From the NCBI GenBank assembly GCA_038214375.1, contig JBBQRX010000006.1:39979-103978 (forward strand): a DNA stretch of 64,000 nt, in the 5' to 3' direction. Under the pieces are notes generated by a model. That model did not search any database. It was not told the origin of the DNA and was given only the letters and a program-made list of their open reading frames with translations. A program made the position numbers and the translations under genes. Position 1 is the first letter of the stretch; each line of letters opens with the position of its first letter. Of this stretch, positions 50,546 through 59,272 are shown piece after piece. The DNA is from Candidatus Limnocylindrales bacterium (GTDB lineage: Bacteria; Chloroflexota; Limnocylindria; Limnocylindrales; CSP1-4).

Positions 50546-51387
50546 CGCACGATCGCGCCGAGCGGCCGACACTCACGAGCGCCGCGAACCCACGCCTTCG
50601 CGCCGCCGCGGCGCTGCGAGACCGGCGTGCCCGGGTTCGAAGCGGCCTGCTCCTCGTGGACGGCGCCCGCGAGGTGGCTCGCGCGCTCGACGGCGGGGTG
50701 ACGCTCGTGGAGGCGTTCGTGGCTGCGGGGGCACTCGCGGACCCGGAGGTCGGCCTGGTCGCCGCGCGCGCAGCCGCGCTCGGCGTCCCGCTCGTGCCGG
50801 TCGCTTCGAAGCTGCTCGGCCTCCTGGCGTACGGGGAGCGCGCGAGCGGGATCGTCGCCGTCGCCATGGCCCCGGACACCTCGCTCGAGGCCATGCACGT
50901 CCCGGCCCTGGCACCCCTCGTCGGGATCGTGGAGGACCTGGAGAAGCCAGGTAACCTGGGCGCAGTCTGCCGAAGCGCGGACGGTGCGGGGCTCGACGCG
51001 TTGATCGCGGCCGGCAGCGGGAACGGTTCGGTTGGCTCGGTCGATCCCTGGAACCCCAACGCCGTGCGGGCATCGCTCGGGACGGTCTTCACCCTGCCGC
51101 TCGGGGTCGCGACCACCGCCGAGACCGTTGCCTGGTTGCGCGGGCGTGGCCTCCGGATCGTCGCGGCGCGCGTGGACGGGAGCGTGCCCTATACGGAGGT
51201 AGACCTGGCCGGTCCGGTCGCCCTCGTCCTCGGGAGCGAGGCCCACGGGCTGACGGCCGCATGGTCGGGCAGCGACGTGACCGCCGTCCGGTTGCCCATG
51301 CGGGGCCGTGCCGACTCGCTGAACGTGGCGGCCGTCGGGGCCATCCTGTTCTACGAGGCGCGTCGCCAGCGTGACGCGCGACCGTGA
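50542..51387 (+). CDS. TrmH/SpoU-family RNA 2'-O-methyltransferase
   Basis: EKPGNLGAVCRSADGAG, LVLGSEAHGL and SLNVAAVGAILFYE motifs. GTG overlaps the previous stop (GTGA). Confidence 0.85.
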   Translation: MTHDRAERPTLTSAANPRLRAAAALRDRRARVRSGLLLVDGAREVARALDGGVTLVEAFVAAGALADPEVGLVAARAAALGVPLVPVASKLLGLLAYGERASGIVAVAMAPDTSLEAMHVPALAPLVGIVEDLEKPGNLGAVCRSADGAGLDALIAAGSGNGSVGSVDPWNPNAVRASLGTVFTLPLGVATTAETVAWLRGRGLRIVAARVDGSVPYTEVDLAGPVALVLGSEAHGLTAAWSGSDVTAVRLPMRGRADSLNVAAVGAILFYEARRQRDARP

Positions 51388-51448
51388 CCGGCCCTGGCGG
51401 CGGCGGGCCGGGCCGCGGGTGGGCGCGAAATCGGCGCGGGGGTCCCCG

Positions 51449-51474
51449 TAACGAATGGGCCCCGCGATTCGTTA
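51449..51474. promoter_or_regulatory. AT-rich perfect inverted repeat TAACGAAT-N10-ATTCGTTA (operator or terminator candidate)
   Basis: 8-bp arms at 51449-51456 and 51467-51474, in the spacer between trmH-like and SBP genes. Confidence 0.3.
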
Positions 51475-51574
51475 GTCGAACAGAGGCTTCTCGCGACGAA
51501 CATCGTTCCCCCGGCGATGCCTGACGCGAAGGCCTCTCTTGCTGCCCGCCGACCGGGCCTCCCGTGGTCGGACC

Positions 51575-51580
51575 TATACT
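51575..51580 (+). promoter_or_regulatory. -10-like TATACT, 7 nt upstream of the SBP ATG (leaderless candidate)
   Basis: TATACT at 51575-51580, ATG at 51588, no SD in between. Confidence 0.3.
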
Positions 51581-51587
51581 CGGCGCC

Positions 51588-53207
51588 ATGATTTCCCCCT
51601 GCCGACGGACACGTCGGGTCGGCTCGCCCGGGCGCAGCGTGGTCGTCGGGATCGCGGCACTGGTGGCGCTTGCCGGCCTCGTGCAGGCGGTCCCCGGCGA
51701 CGGCGTCCGCGGCGCCGAGCGGGAGACGCGGATCGCGATGTCGGCCCCCACGACGATCGATCCCGCAGCGGCCGGCGACGCGGGGAGCGCGGCCGTGATC
51801 GCGCAGCTCTTCGAGGGGCTCACGGCGATCGACGGCAGTCTCGCGCCGCGCCCGGCGCTCGCCGCCGGCTGGACCTTCAGGGATGGCAACCGGACCGTCG
51901 ACTTCACGTTGCGCGACGGGCTCGCGTTCTCGGACGGGACGCCGATCACCGCGGACGACGTGGTCCGGAGCTGGCTTCGGGTGCTCGACCCCGCGGCCCC
52001 ATCACCGCTGGCTGCACTCCTCTACGACGTGGTCGGCGCGCGCGCCTACGCGACCGGAAGCGCAACGGACCCGACGGCCATTGGCCTGCACGCCGATGGC
52101 CGGGTCTTCGAGGTGCGCCTGACACGGCCGGCGGGCGACTTCCCGGCGATTGCCGCCAGCCCGACGCTCGCGGTCGTCCCCCCCGGCGTCGGGCGGGGCG
52201 GCGCCGGGCTTGCACCCGGGACCGGCTTCGTGGCGTCGGGTGCCTACCTGCTCGCGGGGCGCACCGCGACGGAGCTCCAGCTTGCCGCGAACGCGCGCTA
52301 CTGGGCAGGCTCGCCTGCGCTCTCGCGGGTCACGCTCGTGACGGACCTGGGCGGGAAGTCGCCGGTGGACGTCTTCGGCGCCAGGAACCTGGACTGGACG
52401 TCGATCGGGTCGGAGGACGCCTCGTGGATCGGCTTCGAAAAGACCCTTGGTCCGCAGCTGCGCTCGTCGGCAGACCTCGCGGTGACCTACTTCGGGTTCG
52501 ATACGCGCAGGCCGCCGTTCAACGATGCGCGCGTCCGGCGCGCCTTCGCGCAGGCCGTCGACTGGCGCCGCGTCGTGCAACTTGCGGACGGCAACGAGGC
52601 GCTGTCGGCGACCGGGATGGTCCCGCCGGGCATCCCCGGCCGGAGCGGGGCCGACTTCCTGCCGACATTCGACCCGGCGGGCGCGAAGCGGCTCCTCGCC
52701 GACGCGGGCTATCCGGACCCGGCCGCCTTCCCGGTGATCACGCTCGTCGACGCCGGGACCGGGTACGACGCCGGCATCCTCGACCAGCTCCGGGCGAACC
52801 TGGGGATCACGGTGCGGTACGAGGCGCGCGAGTTCACGGACTTCTTCACCCGTCTGGGTGGAACCGATGGGCCGCAGCTCTGGGCGCTCGGATGGGTCGC
52901 CGACTACCCCTCGCCGGACGACTTCCTCGGGATCCTGCTCGGCGGCGGCCAGCCGAACAACTACGGCGGCTGGACGTCGGCCGCGTTCGACGCGGCGATC
53001 GCCCGCGCGGGAGGGAGCCAGGACGCGGCGACCATTCGTGCGGCCTACGACGAGGCCGAGGCGATCGTCCGGGACGAGGTGCCCGTGGTGCCAGCCTCGT
53101 ACGGGACCAGCTATGCGCTGAGCCGGACCGGGTTGCTGGGCGCCCAGACGAACGGCCTGGGGATCCTGCGGATCGCCGGGATGGCATGGGCGCCGGGGAC
53201 CCCATGA
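51588..53207 (+). CDS. ABC transporter substrate-binding protein, family 5 (peptide/nickel type)
   Basis: Signal/anchor VVVGIAALVALAGLVQA. Blocks LFEGLTAIDG...LAAGWTF...FTLRDGLAFSDGTPITADDVVRSW. Confidence 0.85.
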   Translation: MISPCRRTRRVGSPGRSVVVGIAALVALAGLVQAVPGDGVRGAERETRIAMSAPTTIDPAAAGDAGSAAVIAQLFEGLTAIDGSLAPRPALAAGWTFRDGNRTVDFTLRDGLAFSDGTPITADDVVRSWLRVLDPAAPSPLAALLYDVVGARAYATGSATDPTAIGLHADGRVFEVRLTRPAGDFPAIAASPTLAVVPPGVGRGGAGLAPGTGFVASGAYLLAGRTATELQLAANARYWAGSPALSRVTLVTDLGGKSPVDVFGARNLDWTSIGSEDASWIGFEKTLGPQLRSSADLAVTYFGFDTRRPPFNDARVRRAFAQAVDWRRVVQLADGNEALSATGMVPPGIPGRSGADFLPTFDPAGAKRLLADAGYPDPAAFPVITLVDAGTGYDAGILDQLRANLGITVRYEAREFTDFFTRLGGTDGPQLWALGWVADYPSPDDFLGILLGGGQPNNYGGWTSAAFDAAIARAGGSQDAATIRAAYDEAEAIVRDEVPVVPASYGTSYALSRTGLLGAQTNGLGILRIAGMAWAPGTP

Positions 53208-54682
53208 TGCGACCACACGCGAAACGCGTGCTCCCGGCGCTGCTGGCCGCGCTCGGCATGGCGCTCGGGCTTGCCGCGCCCGGGGTGCGGGCCGCGGACA
53301 TCTCCTTCGACACGCCGACCGCCACCGCCGTCTACGGCACGGGCGTCACGTTCGTGCAGCCCGTCACGGTGGGTGGGACGATCCGCCGGACGGAGCTCCT
53401 GATCACGTTCCCGACCGCGCTCGGGCCGCTCGTCCACGAGATCCCGGCACCGTCGGGCAGCGGCGCGCTCACCCTCCGCGGAGGCCTGTCGGACGCGACC
53501 GACGGCCACCTGGTGCCGAATACGCCGCTGGTGGCGCGCTGGCGCATCACCCTGGCGACGGGCGACGCGGTCGAGGGGCCGTCGGTGACCGTCCGCTATG
53601 CGGACACCCGCTTCGCATGGCGCACGCTGACCGGGACGCTGGTCCGGCTGCACTGGTACGAGGGCTCGGACGCGTTCGCCAGGCGCGCGCTCGCGGTGGG
53701 GGAGAAGGGGGTGCAGCAGGCCGCCGACCTGCTGGGCGTCACGGAGACGGACCCCATCGACTTCTTCGTCTATGCGGCGCAGGCGCCCTTCTACGATGCG
53801 CTGGGGCCGGGCACCCGCGAGAACGTCGGGGGCGAGGCGCACGCCGACATCCGCACCCTCTTCGCCCTCATCGAGCCGAGCGCCGTCAACGACCCGTGGG
53901 TGGATGTGGTGATCCCCCACGAGCTGACCCACCTGGTCTTCGACACGGCCGTGCACAACCCGTATCACCTTCCGCCGCGCTGGCTCAACGAGGGGCTCGC
54001 GGTCTATCTCTCCGAGGGATACACGACGACCTGGCGCGCGGCCGTCGAGGGGGCGATCGGCGGCACGCTCCTCTCGCTCGCTGCGCTCGACGGGCAGTTC
54101 CCGACGACAGCAGACGGGTTCCTCCTCGCGTACGGCGAGAGCGTGTCGGCCGTGGATTACTTCGTCCGGACGTACGGCAAGGCACGCCTCGTCTCGCTGA
54201 TCCGATCGTACGGCGCCGGCCGCACGGATGACGAGGCGTTCAAGGCGGCCATCGACCTGGATGTGCCGGGATTCGAGGCGGCCTGGCTGGCGGCCCTCGG
54301 TGCGACCGCGCCCCACCGGTATGGCCCGCAGCCGGCGCCGACCGGGCCCGTGCCGCCCGGCTGGAGCGGCGCCGTTGCCTCCATCCCACCGGACACGGCG
54401 TCACCCCCGCCGGCGTCCGGTCCGGCGTCGCCCGACGTCAACGGCTCGGGTGCGGCGGCTTCCCCGGGGGCGTCCCCGGCCGCCGCCGGGGGCGGCACGA
54501 ACGGCGGGGGCGGGGCACCCGGCGGGCCGATCCTGCTCGCGATCGCGGCAGCCGGGCTCGCGGTTGGCGGATCGCTGGGATATTTGCGGCGCCGGCGCAG
54601 GCCGCGTTCCGGGGTCGGGAGCGAACCGCCGGCGCCCCGTCCGGTCGAGCCCGAGCCGGATCTCCCTGCGACCGACCCATGA
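53204..54682 (+). CDS. secreted, C-terminally membrane-anchored MA-clan (HExxH) metallopeptidase-like protein
   Basis: Signal peptide; HELTH with downstream NEGLAVY (gluzincin-like); Pro/Ala/Gly-rich linker; TM helix plus RRRRR stop-transfer. ATG overlaps the SBP stop. Confidence 0.7.
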   Translation: MMRPHAKRVLPALLAALGMALGLAAPGVRAADISFDTPTATAVYGTGVTFVQPVTVGGTIRRTELLITFPTALGPLVHEIPAPSGSGALTLRGGLSDATDGHLVPNTPLVARWRITLATGDAVEGPSVTVRYADTRFAWRTLTGTLVRLHWYEGSDAFARRALAVGEKGVQQAADLLGVTETDPIDFFVYAAQAPFYDALGPGTRENVGGEAHADIRTLFALIEPSAVNDPWVDVVIPHELTHLVFDTAVHNPYHLPPRWLNEGLAVYLSEGYTTTWRAAVEGAIGGTLLSLAALDGQFPTTADGFLLAYGESVSAVDYFVRTYGKARLVSLIRSYGAGRTDDEAFKAAIDLDVPGFEAAWLAALGATAPHRYGPQPAPTGPVPPGWSGAVASIPPDTASPPPASGPASPDVNGSGAAASPGASPAAAGGGTNGGGGAPGGPILLAIAAAGLAVGGSLGYLRRRRRPRSGVGSEPPAPRPVEPEPDLPATDP

Positions 54683-55443
54683 GCAGCGTCGCCGCCCGGA
54701 TGCGGTCGATCCCCACCTGGGAGATCACGCTCTTCCTCGCGCTCGTCTCGCTCGGGTTCCTGGTCGCGGCCCAGCTCCGGTCCGAGACGCCACGTGTCCG
54801 GTATACCTCCCAGGAGCGCGCGCCACTCATCGAGACCGCGCTCGACCTGCAGACGCGCCAGAAGGCGCTGCAGGCGCAGATTCTCGACCTCCGCAGCCGG
54901 ATCACGACGGCCGAGGTCGCGACGCAGGGCAGCGGCGCGCTCGCCACGCAGCTCAACGCCGCGCTCTTCCAGGCGCGGCTCTCCGCGGGCCTGACCGCGC
55001 TCGAGGGCAACGGCCTCGTCGTCCAGCTCGAGGATGCCCCGCAGATCTCCCAGACAGCCGGGAGCGCGGACCTCCTCGTCACCGGACGGGACGTGCGGAC
55101 CGTTGTCGAGGAGCTCTGGTTGGCAGGCGCGGAGGCCGTCGCCGTCAACGACGAGCGCGTCGTCTCGACCACCTCGATCCTCGACATCGGCGGGTCCCTT
55201 CTCGTGAACTCCGCCTACGTCGCCCCGCCCTACCAGGTCAAGGCGGTCGGTCCGGCCGATCTCTACACTCGGCTGGCAGCGTCCGCGAGCTGGGTGGACT
55301 ACGTCGCAACGCGCGCCGGGCAAAACGGCGTGCGGATTGCGATCGCGCAGCCGGCCAGCCTGATCATCCCCGCGTATGCCGGGTCGGTGACCATCCGGTA
55401 CGCCCAGCCGCCGGCCACGCCGGCACCCTCGGCGAAGCCGTAG
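54679..55443 (+). CDS. DUF881-family membrane protein
   Basis: N-terminal TM helix; LEGNGLVVQLED...VVEELWLAGAEAVAVNDERV...PPYQVKAVG pattern. ATG overlaps the previous stop. Confidence 0.75.
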   Translation: MSSVAARMRSIPTWEITLFLALVSLGFLVAAQLRSETPRVRYTSQERAPLIETALDLQTRQKALQAQILDLRSRITTAEVATQGSGALATQLNAALFQARLSAGLTALEGNGLVVQLEDAPQISQTAGSADLLVTGRDVRTVVEELWLAGAEAVAVNDERVVSTTSILDIGGSLLVNSAYVAPPYQVKAVGPADLYTRLAASASWVDYVATRAGQNGVRIAIAQPASLIIPAYAGSVTIRYAQPPATPAPSAKP

Positions 55444-56118
55444 ATGCGAAGCCGGCGCAGCCAGATCGCACTTGCCGCGGTCGCCCTCGTCCTCGGGTTC
55501 CTGGTCGTCACCCAGGTCCGGAGCCAGGCGGGAGGGACCGGCCTCGAGGACCGCTCGGCGCAGGACCTGACGCTGCTCGTGGCGAACCTCAACACGCGCA
55601 ACGACCAGCTCCGGGGCGAGGTCGCGGACCTCGGTCGCCAGCTCGACTCCATCGTCGCGGCGCAGGCGCGCGGCGACACGTCGGCGGGTCAGCTCCGCGC
55701 AGATCTCGTCCGGGTGCGGACCTGGTCGGGCGTGGACGCGGCCGTCGGCCAGGGCGTGCGTATCGTCCTTCGCGGGCCGGCCACGGCGAACGTCCTCGAG
55801 GATCTGGTCAACGAGCTACGGAACTCGGGCGCCGAGGCCATCTCCGTGGGTGGCGTCCGCGTCGTCCCGGGGACGATCGCCGGCGGCGTGCCCGGCGCGC
55901 TGTCCGTCGAGGATTCGCTGCTTCCCGACCCGCTGGAGGTCGTCGCGATCGGCAACTCGGCCACGATGACGGGGACCCTCACCCGCGCCGGCGGGCTGGT
56001 GGCACAGGAGATGGCCACCAACCCCGGCCTCGGCATCGAGGTCACCCCGGCCGACCGGCTCCGCGTGCCCGCGACCGCGCGCGATCTGGCGCCGCGGACC
56101 GCGAAGCCACGCCTGTGA
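55444..56118 (+). CDS. DUF881-family membrane protein (paralogue)
   Basis: N-terminal TM helix; GQGVRIVLRG...LVNELRNSGAEAISVGGVRV...LEVVAIG pattern. ATG immediately follows the previous TAG. Confidence 0.75.
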   Translation: MRSRRSQIALAAVALVLGFLVVTQVRSQAGGTGLEDRSAQDLTLLVANLNTRNDQLRGEVADLGRQLDSIVAAQARGDTSAGQLRADLVRVRTWSGVDAAVGQGVRIVLRGPATANVLEDLVNELRNSGAEAISVGGVRVVPGTIAGGVPGALSVEDSLLPDPLEVVAIGNSATMTGTLTRAGGLVAQEMATNPGLGIEVTPADRLRVPATARDLAPRTAKPRL

Positions 56119-56226
56119 GACCGCCATGGGGGAGTGCGGCCGACGGTGTGCGGCAGCGCCCGACGTCCGGGCGCCCCAGGCCGGGTGAGTGCTACCCTCG
56201 GCGCCGATGAACGGAACCCGAACCGC

Positions 56227-56439
56227 ATGACCGCGCCCGTCCCGTTCCGCCTGCGGGACCGAATCGAGCTGCGACGCCCGCACCCGTGCGGCGGGCGGGC
56301 CTGGGAGGTGGACCGCGTTGGAGCGGACCTCGGGCTGCGCTGCGTCACCTGCGGCCGCGGCGTGCGGCTCGAGCGCCGCCAGGTCGAACGGCGGCTCGTC
56401 GCCTTCATCACCCGCGGCGCGGAGGACGGGGCAGCGTGA
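56227..56439 (+). CDS. DUF951-like small protein
   Basis: LRRPHPCGGRAWEVDRVGADLGLRCVTCGRGVRLERRQVERRL pattern (HPCG...C..CG). Confidence 0.6.
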   Translation: MTAPVPFRLRDRIELRRPHPCGGRAWEVDRVGADLGLRCVTCGRGVRLERRQVERRLVAFITRGAEDGAA

Positions 56440-57821
56440 TCGAGCCTCGGGGCAGCTCCGAGGCGCCCGCCTCGGCGCTCGCTGTCTTTCAGAACCGGCC
56501 ATTCCTGATCCTGTGGCTTTCGCAGGTCGCGACCCAGGTTGGCGGCAACATGGTCCTGTACGGCCTGACCGTCCTGATCTTCACCGCGTCGGGGTCGAAC
56601 AGCTTCGTGTCGATCCTCCTGATCAGCTTCCTGGCGCCCGCCGTCATCTTCGGCGCGCTCGCCGGCGTCTACGTGGACCGTTTCGACCGCCGCCTGGTGC
56701 TTGTCGCGACGAGTCTCGTCCGGGCGATCCTCTTCTTCCTGCTCGCGTTCGTGGGCGCGAACGTCGGCGTGATCCTCCTGCTCAACCTGGTCGTCTCCAT
56801 CGCGACGACGTTCTTCGCCCCTGCCGAGCTCAGCGTGATCCCACTCGTGGTGCCGCGCAGCCAGCTGACGGCGGCAAACGGGATCTTCACGCTGACGCTG
56901 AACGCGGCGTTTGCGCTCGGGTACACGCTGCTCGGCCCGCTCGTGGTGACGATCGCCGGCCCGACCCTCCTGATCGGCGTCGTGGCCGTCCTCTACCTCG
57001 CCTCGGCGGTGCTGTGCTGGTCGCTTGCGCCCGCACCACCATTGCCGCTGCCAACCGGCCACGACACCCTCCACGACGCCGGCGCGGCGGTCGGCTCGGT
57101 CTTCGGGCAGTTTCGGGAGGGGATCGCCTACGTCCGTGCCAACCGCACGGTGGCCTGGGCGCTGACCTACCTGGGCATGGCGGCATCGATCGTCGGCGTC
57201 CTCGGCGCACTCGGACCGGGCTTCGCCGTCCACGTCCTGAACCTGGCCTCGAAGGACTTCGTGGTCGTGGTCCTCCCGCTCGGGTTGGGGGTCGTCGCGG
57301 GGGTCCTCCTCGTCAACGCGATCCGCACCGTCATCCCGCGCCGCCGGACGATCGAGATCGGGCTGGTCACGCTCGGGGTCTGCCTGGTCCTGATCACGAT
57401 CGCGAACCCGATCAGCCAGCTGCTTCTGCGCGTGAACGCGGCCCAGCCCGTCGTGGACGTATCGGCGCTCGTCTCGGTGCTCTCGGTCGTCGTGGCCATC
57501 GCCTTCGTGGCCGGAATCGCCTATGCGTCGGTCGCGATCCCGGCGCAGACGGAGCTGCAGGAGGTGATCCCCGAGGACGTCCGTGGCCGCGTCTTCGGGA
57601 TCCTCAACACGCTGGTCTCGGTCGCGAGCTTCCTGCCGATCATCATCGTCGGCCCCGTCTCGGACGCATTCGGCCCGGGGCCCGTCCTGCTGGCCGCGGC
57701 TGGCATGGTTGGGCTGAGCGGTGTCGGCTCCATCCTGCTTCGCGACCAACGGGAGCGGCCTGCCGGGCCCGGCACCGACGATGAGGCCGGCATCCCCGGC
57801 CCGTCGCCGGACGAGCCGTGA
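56436..57821 (+). CDS. MFS transporter
   Basis: About 12 predicted TM helices, GVYVDRFDRR loop motif. GTG overlaps the DUF951 stop (GTGA). Confidence 0.85.
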   Translation: MIEPRGSSEAPASALAVFQNRPFLILWLSQVATQVGGNMVLYGLTVLIFTASGSNSFVSILLISFLAPAVIFGALAGVYVDRFDRRLVLVATSLVRAILFFLLAFVGANVGVILLLNLVVSIATTFFAPAELSVIPLVVPRSQLTAANGIFTLTLNAAFALGYTLLGPLVVTIAGPTLLIGVVAVLYLASAVLCWSLAPAPPLPLPTGHDTLHDAGAAVGSVFGQFREGIAYVRANRTVAWALTYLGMAASIVGVLGALGPGFAVHVLNLASKDFVVVVLPLGLGVVAGVLLVNAIRTVIPRRRTIEIGLVTLGVCLVLITIANPISQLLLRVNAAQPVVDVSALVSVLSVVVAIAFVAGIAYASVAIPAQTELQEVIPEDVRGRVFGILNTLVSVASFLPIIIVGPVSDAFGPGPVLLAAAGMVGLSGVGSILLRDQRERPAGPGTDDEAGIPGPSPDEP

Positions 57822-58852
57822 CCGCGCGAGCCGGGATCGCACGCGCGGTCAGCCGCGCCCGCGCGCCGCTCCCGCGAGTCGCCGTCATCTTCACGGGCGG
57901 CACGATCAGCATGACCGTCGACTCCGGCGCGGGCGGAGCGGTCCCGACGCTTGCGGGCACGGACCTGCTTGCCCTGGCCGCGGGCGTCGAGGAGATCGCC
58001 GAGATCGTCGCAATCGACCGCGGTCGAACCCCCGCCAGTCACTTCTCGTTTGCCGACGTCCTCGCAATCGGCGGCGCGATCCACGCGGCCCTCGCGGACC
58101 CCGTCGTGGCGGGGATCGTCGTGGTCCAGGGGACCGACACGCTCGAGGAGACGGCGTTTGCGTGGGACCTCTGCCACCGTGATCCACGCCCGGTCATCGT
58201 GACTGGGGCGATGCGCAACGCGAGCGAGCCCGGCTGGGACGGCCCGGCCAATCTCCGCGCTGCCATCCGGATCGCCGGTCACCCTTCGGCCCGGGGTGCG
58301 GGCGTGCTGGTCGTGCTGGCGGGACGGGTGATCGCGGCGGACGACGTCGCGAAACGTCACAGCACCGCGCTCGATGCCTTCGCGAGCCGCGCCGGTCAAC
58401 CGCTCGGGCGGGTGGGGGAGCGGCGGGTCTCTCTCCGAACCCGGGGACGACGACGCCGGGTCCAGCCGGTGCCCGCCGCAGCCGGCGGCCCCATCGAGAT
58501 CGTCATCGCCGCCCTCGAGACCGATGGCCGGGCGCTGGATCGGGCGGTGGCAGGTGGGGCGCGAGGCGCGGTGGTCGCAGCGACCGGCTCCGGCAACACC
58601 CACCCCGACCTCCTGCGCGCCGCAATCGACGCCATGGCAGGCGGCGTTCCGGTCGCGCTCGCGAGCCGGACGGGCGCCGGTTCGGTGGGTCCGTTCTACG
58701 CGTTTCCGGGCGGAGGCACCACCTGGCAGCGAGCGGGCCTCCTGCTGGCGGGCTCGCTGACGCCGGTCCAGGCCCGAGTGGCGCTCGCGCTGGGCCTCGG
58801 CACTGGACTCGGGATCGAGGGACTGCGGGCGCTCCTTGCCGACCCGGCTTGA
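57818..58852 (+). CDS. ansA: L-asparaginase
   Basis: VAVIFTGGTISM (catalytic Thr motif) and VVVQGTDTLEETAF. GTG overlaps the MFS stop. Confidence 0.85.
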   Translation: MTARAGIARAVSRARAPLPRVAVIFTGGTISMTVDSGAGGAVPTLAGTDLLALAAGVEEIAEIVAIDRGRTPASHFSFADVLAIGGAIHAALADPVVAGIVVVQGTDTLEETAFAWDLCHRDPRPVIVTGAMRNASEPGWDGPANLRAAIRIAGHPSARGAGVLVVLAGRVIAADDVAKRHSTALDAFASRAGQPLGRVGERRVSLRTRGRRRRVQPVPAAAGGPIEIVIAALETDGRALDRAVAGGARGAVVAATGSGNTHPDLLRAAIDAMAGGVPVALASRTGAGSVGPFYAFPGGGTTWQRAGLLLAGSLTPVQARVALALGLGTGLGIEGLRALLADPA

Positions 58853-58916
58853 TGGGCCCCACGCGGCAGGTCCGGCGCGCTATCCTCGCCCGAGTCTCAG
58901 CCCACGGAGGACTCAC

Positions 58917-59252
58917 GTGACCAGCAGCATGACCCCGGCGAAGCGCGAGCTGAACCACCGCCTCGAGACGATCAGCTGGGGCCTCTTCCTGATCATGCTC
59001 GGCGGCTTCGCCCTTCTCCCGTCGGTGGCGGAGGGGACCTGGCTGATCGGCGCGGGCGCGATCATGCTCGGCCTCAACGCGGTGCGACTGGTCCTCGGTA
59101 TCCGGACCAGCGGGTTCACGATGATCCTCGGGACCGTTGCGCTCCTGGCGGGCATCGGGAGCGTCTACGGCGTCCACGTCCCGGTCGGGCCGCTCCTCGT
59201 CATCCTGATCGGCCTCGCCATCATCGTCCGCGCTCTCGACCGCGCCCGCTGA
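58917..59252 (+). CDS. small integral membrane protein (3-4 TM), unknown function
   Basis: GGAGGA SD before GTG 58917; hydrophobic helices WGLFLIMLGGFALL, WLIGAGAIMLGL, MILGTVALLAGIG and LLVILIGLAIIV. Confidence 0.55.
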   Translation: MTSSMTPAKRELNHRLETISWGLFLIMLGGFALLPSVAEGTWLIGAGAIMLGLNAVRLVLGIRTSGFTMILGTVALLAGIGSVYGVHVPVGPLLVILIGLAIIVRALDRAR

Positions 59253-59272
59253 CGCGGGCGGTCCGCCCTCCC

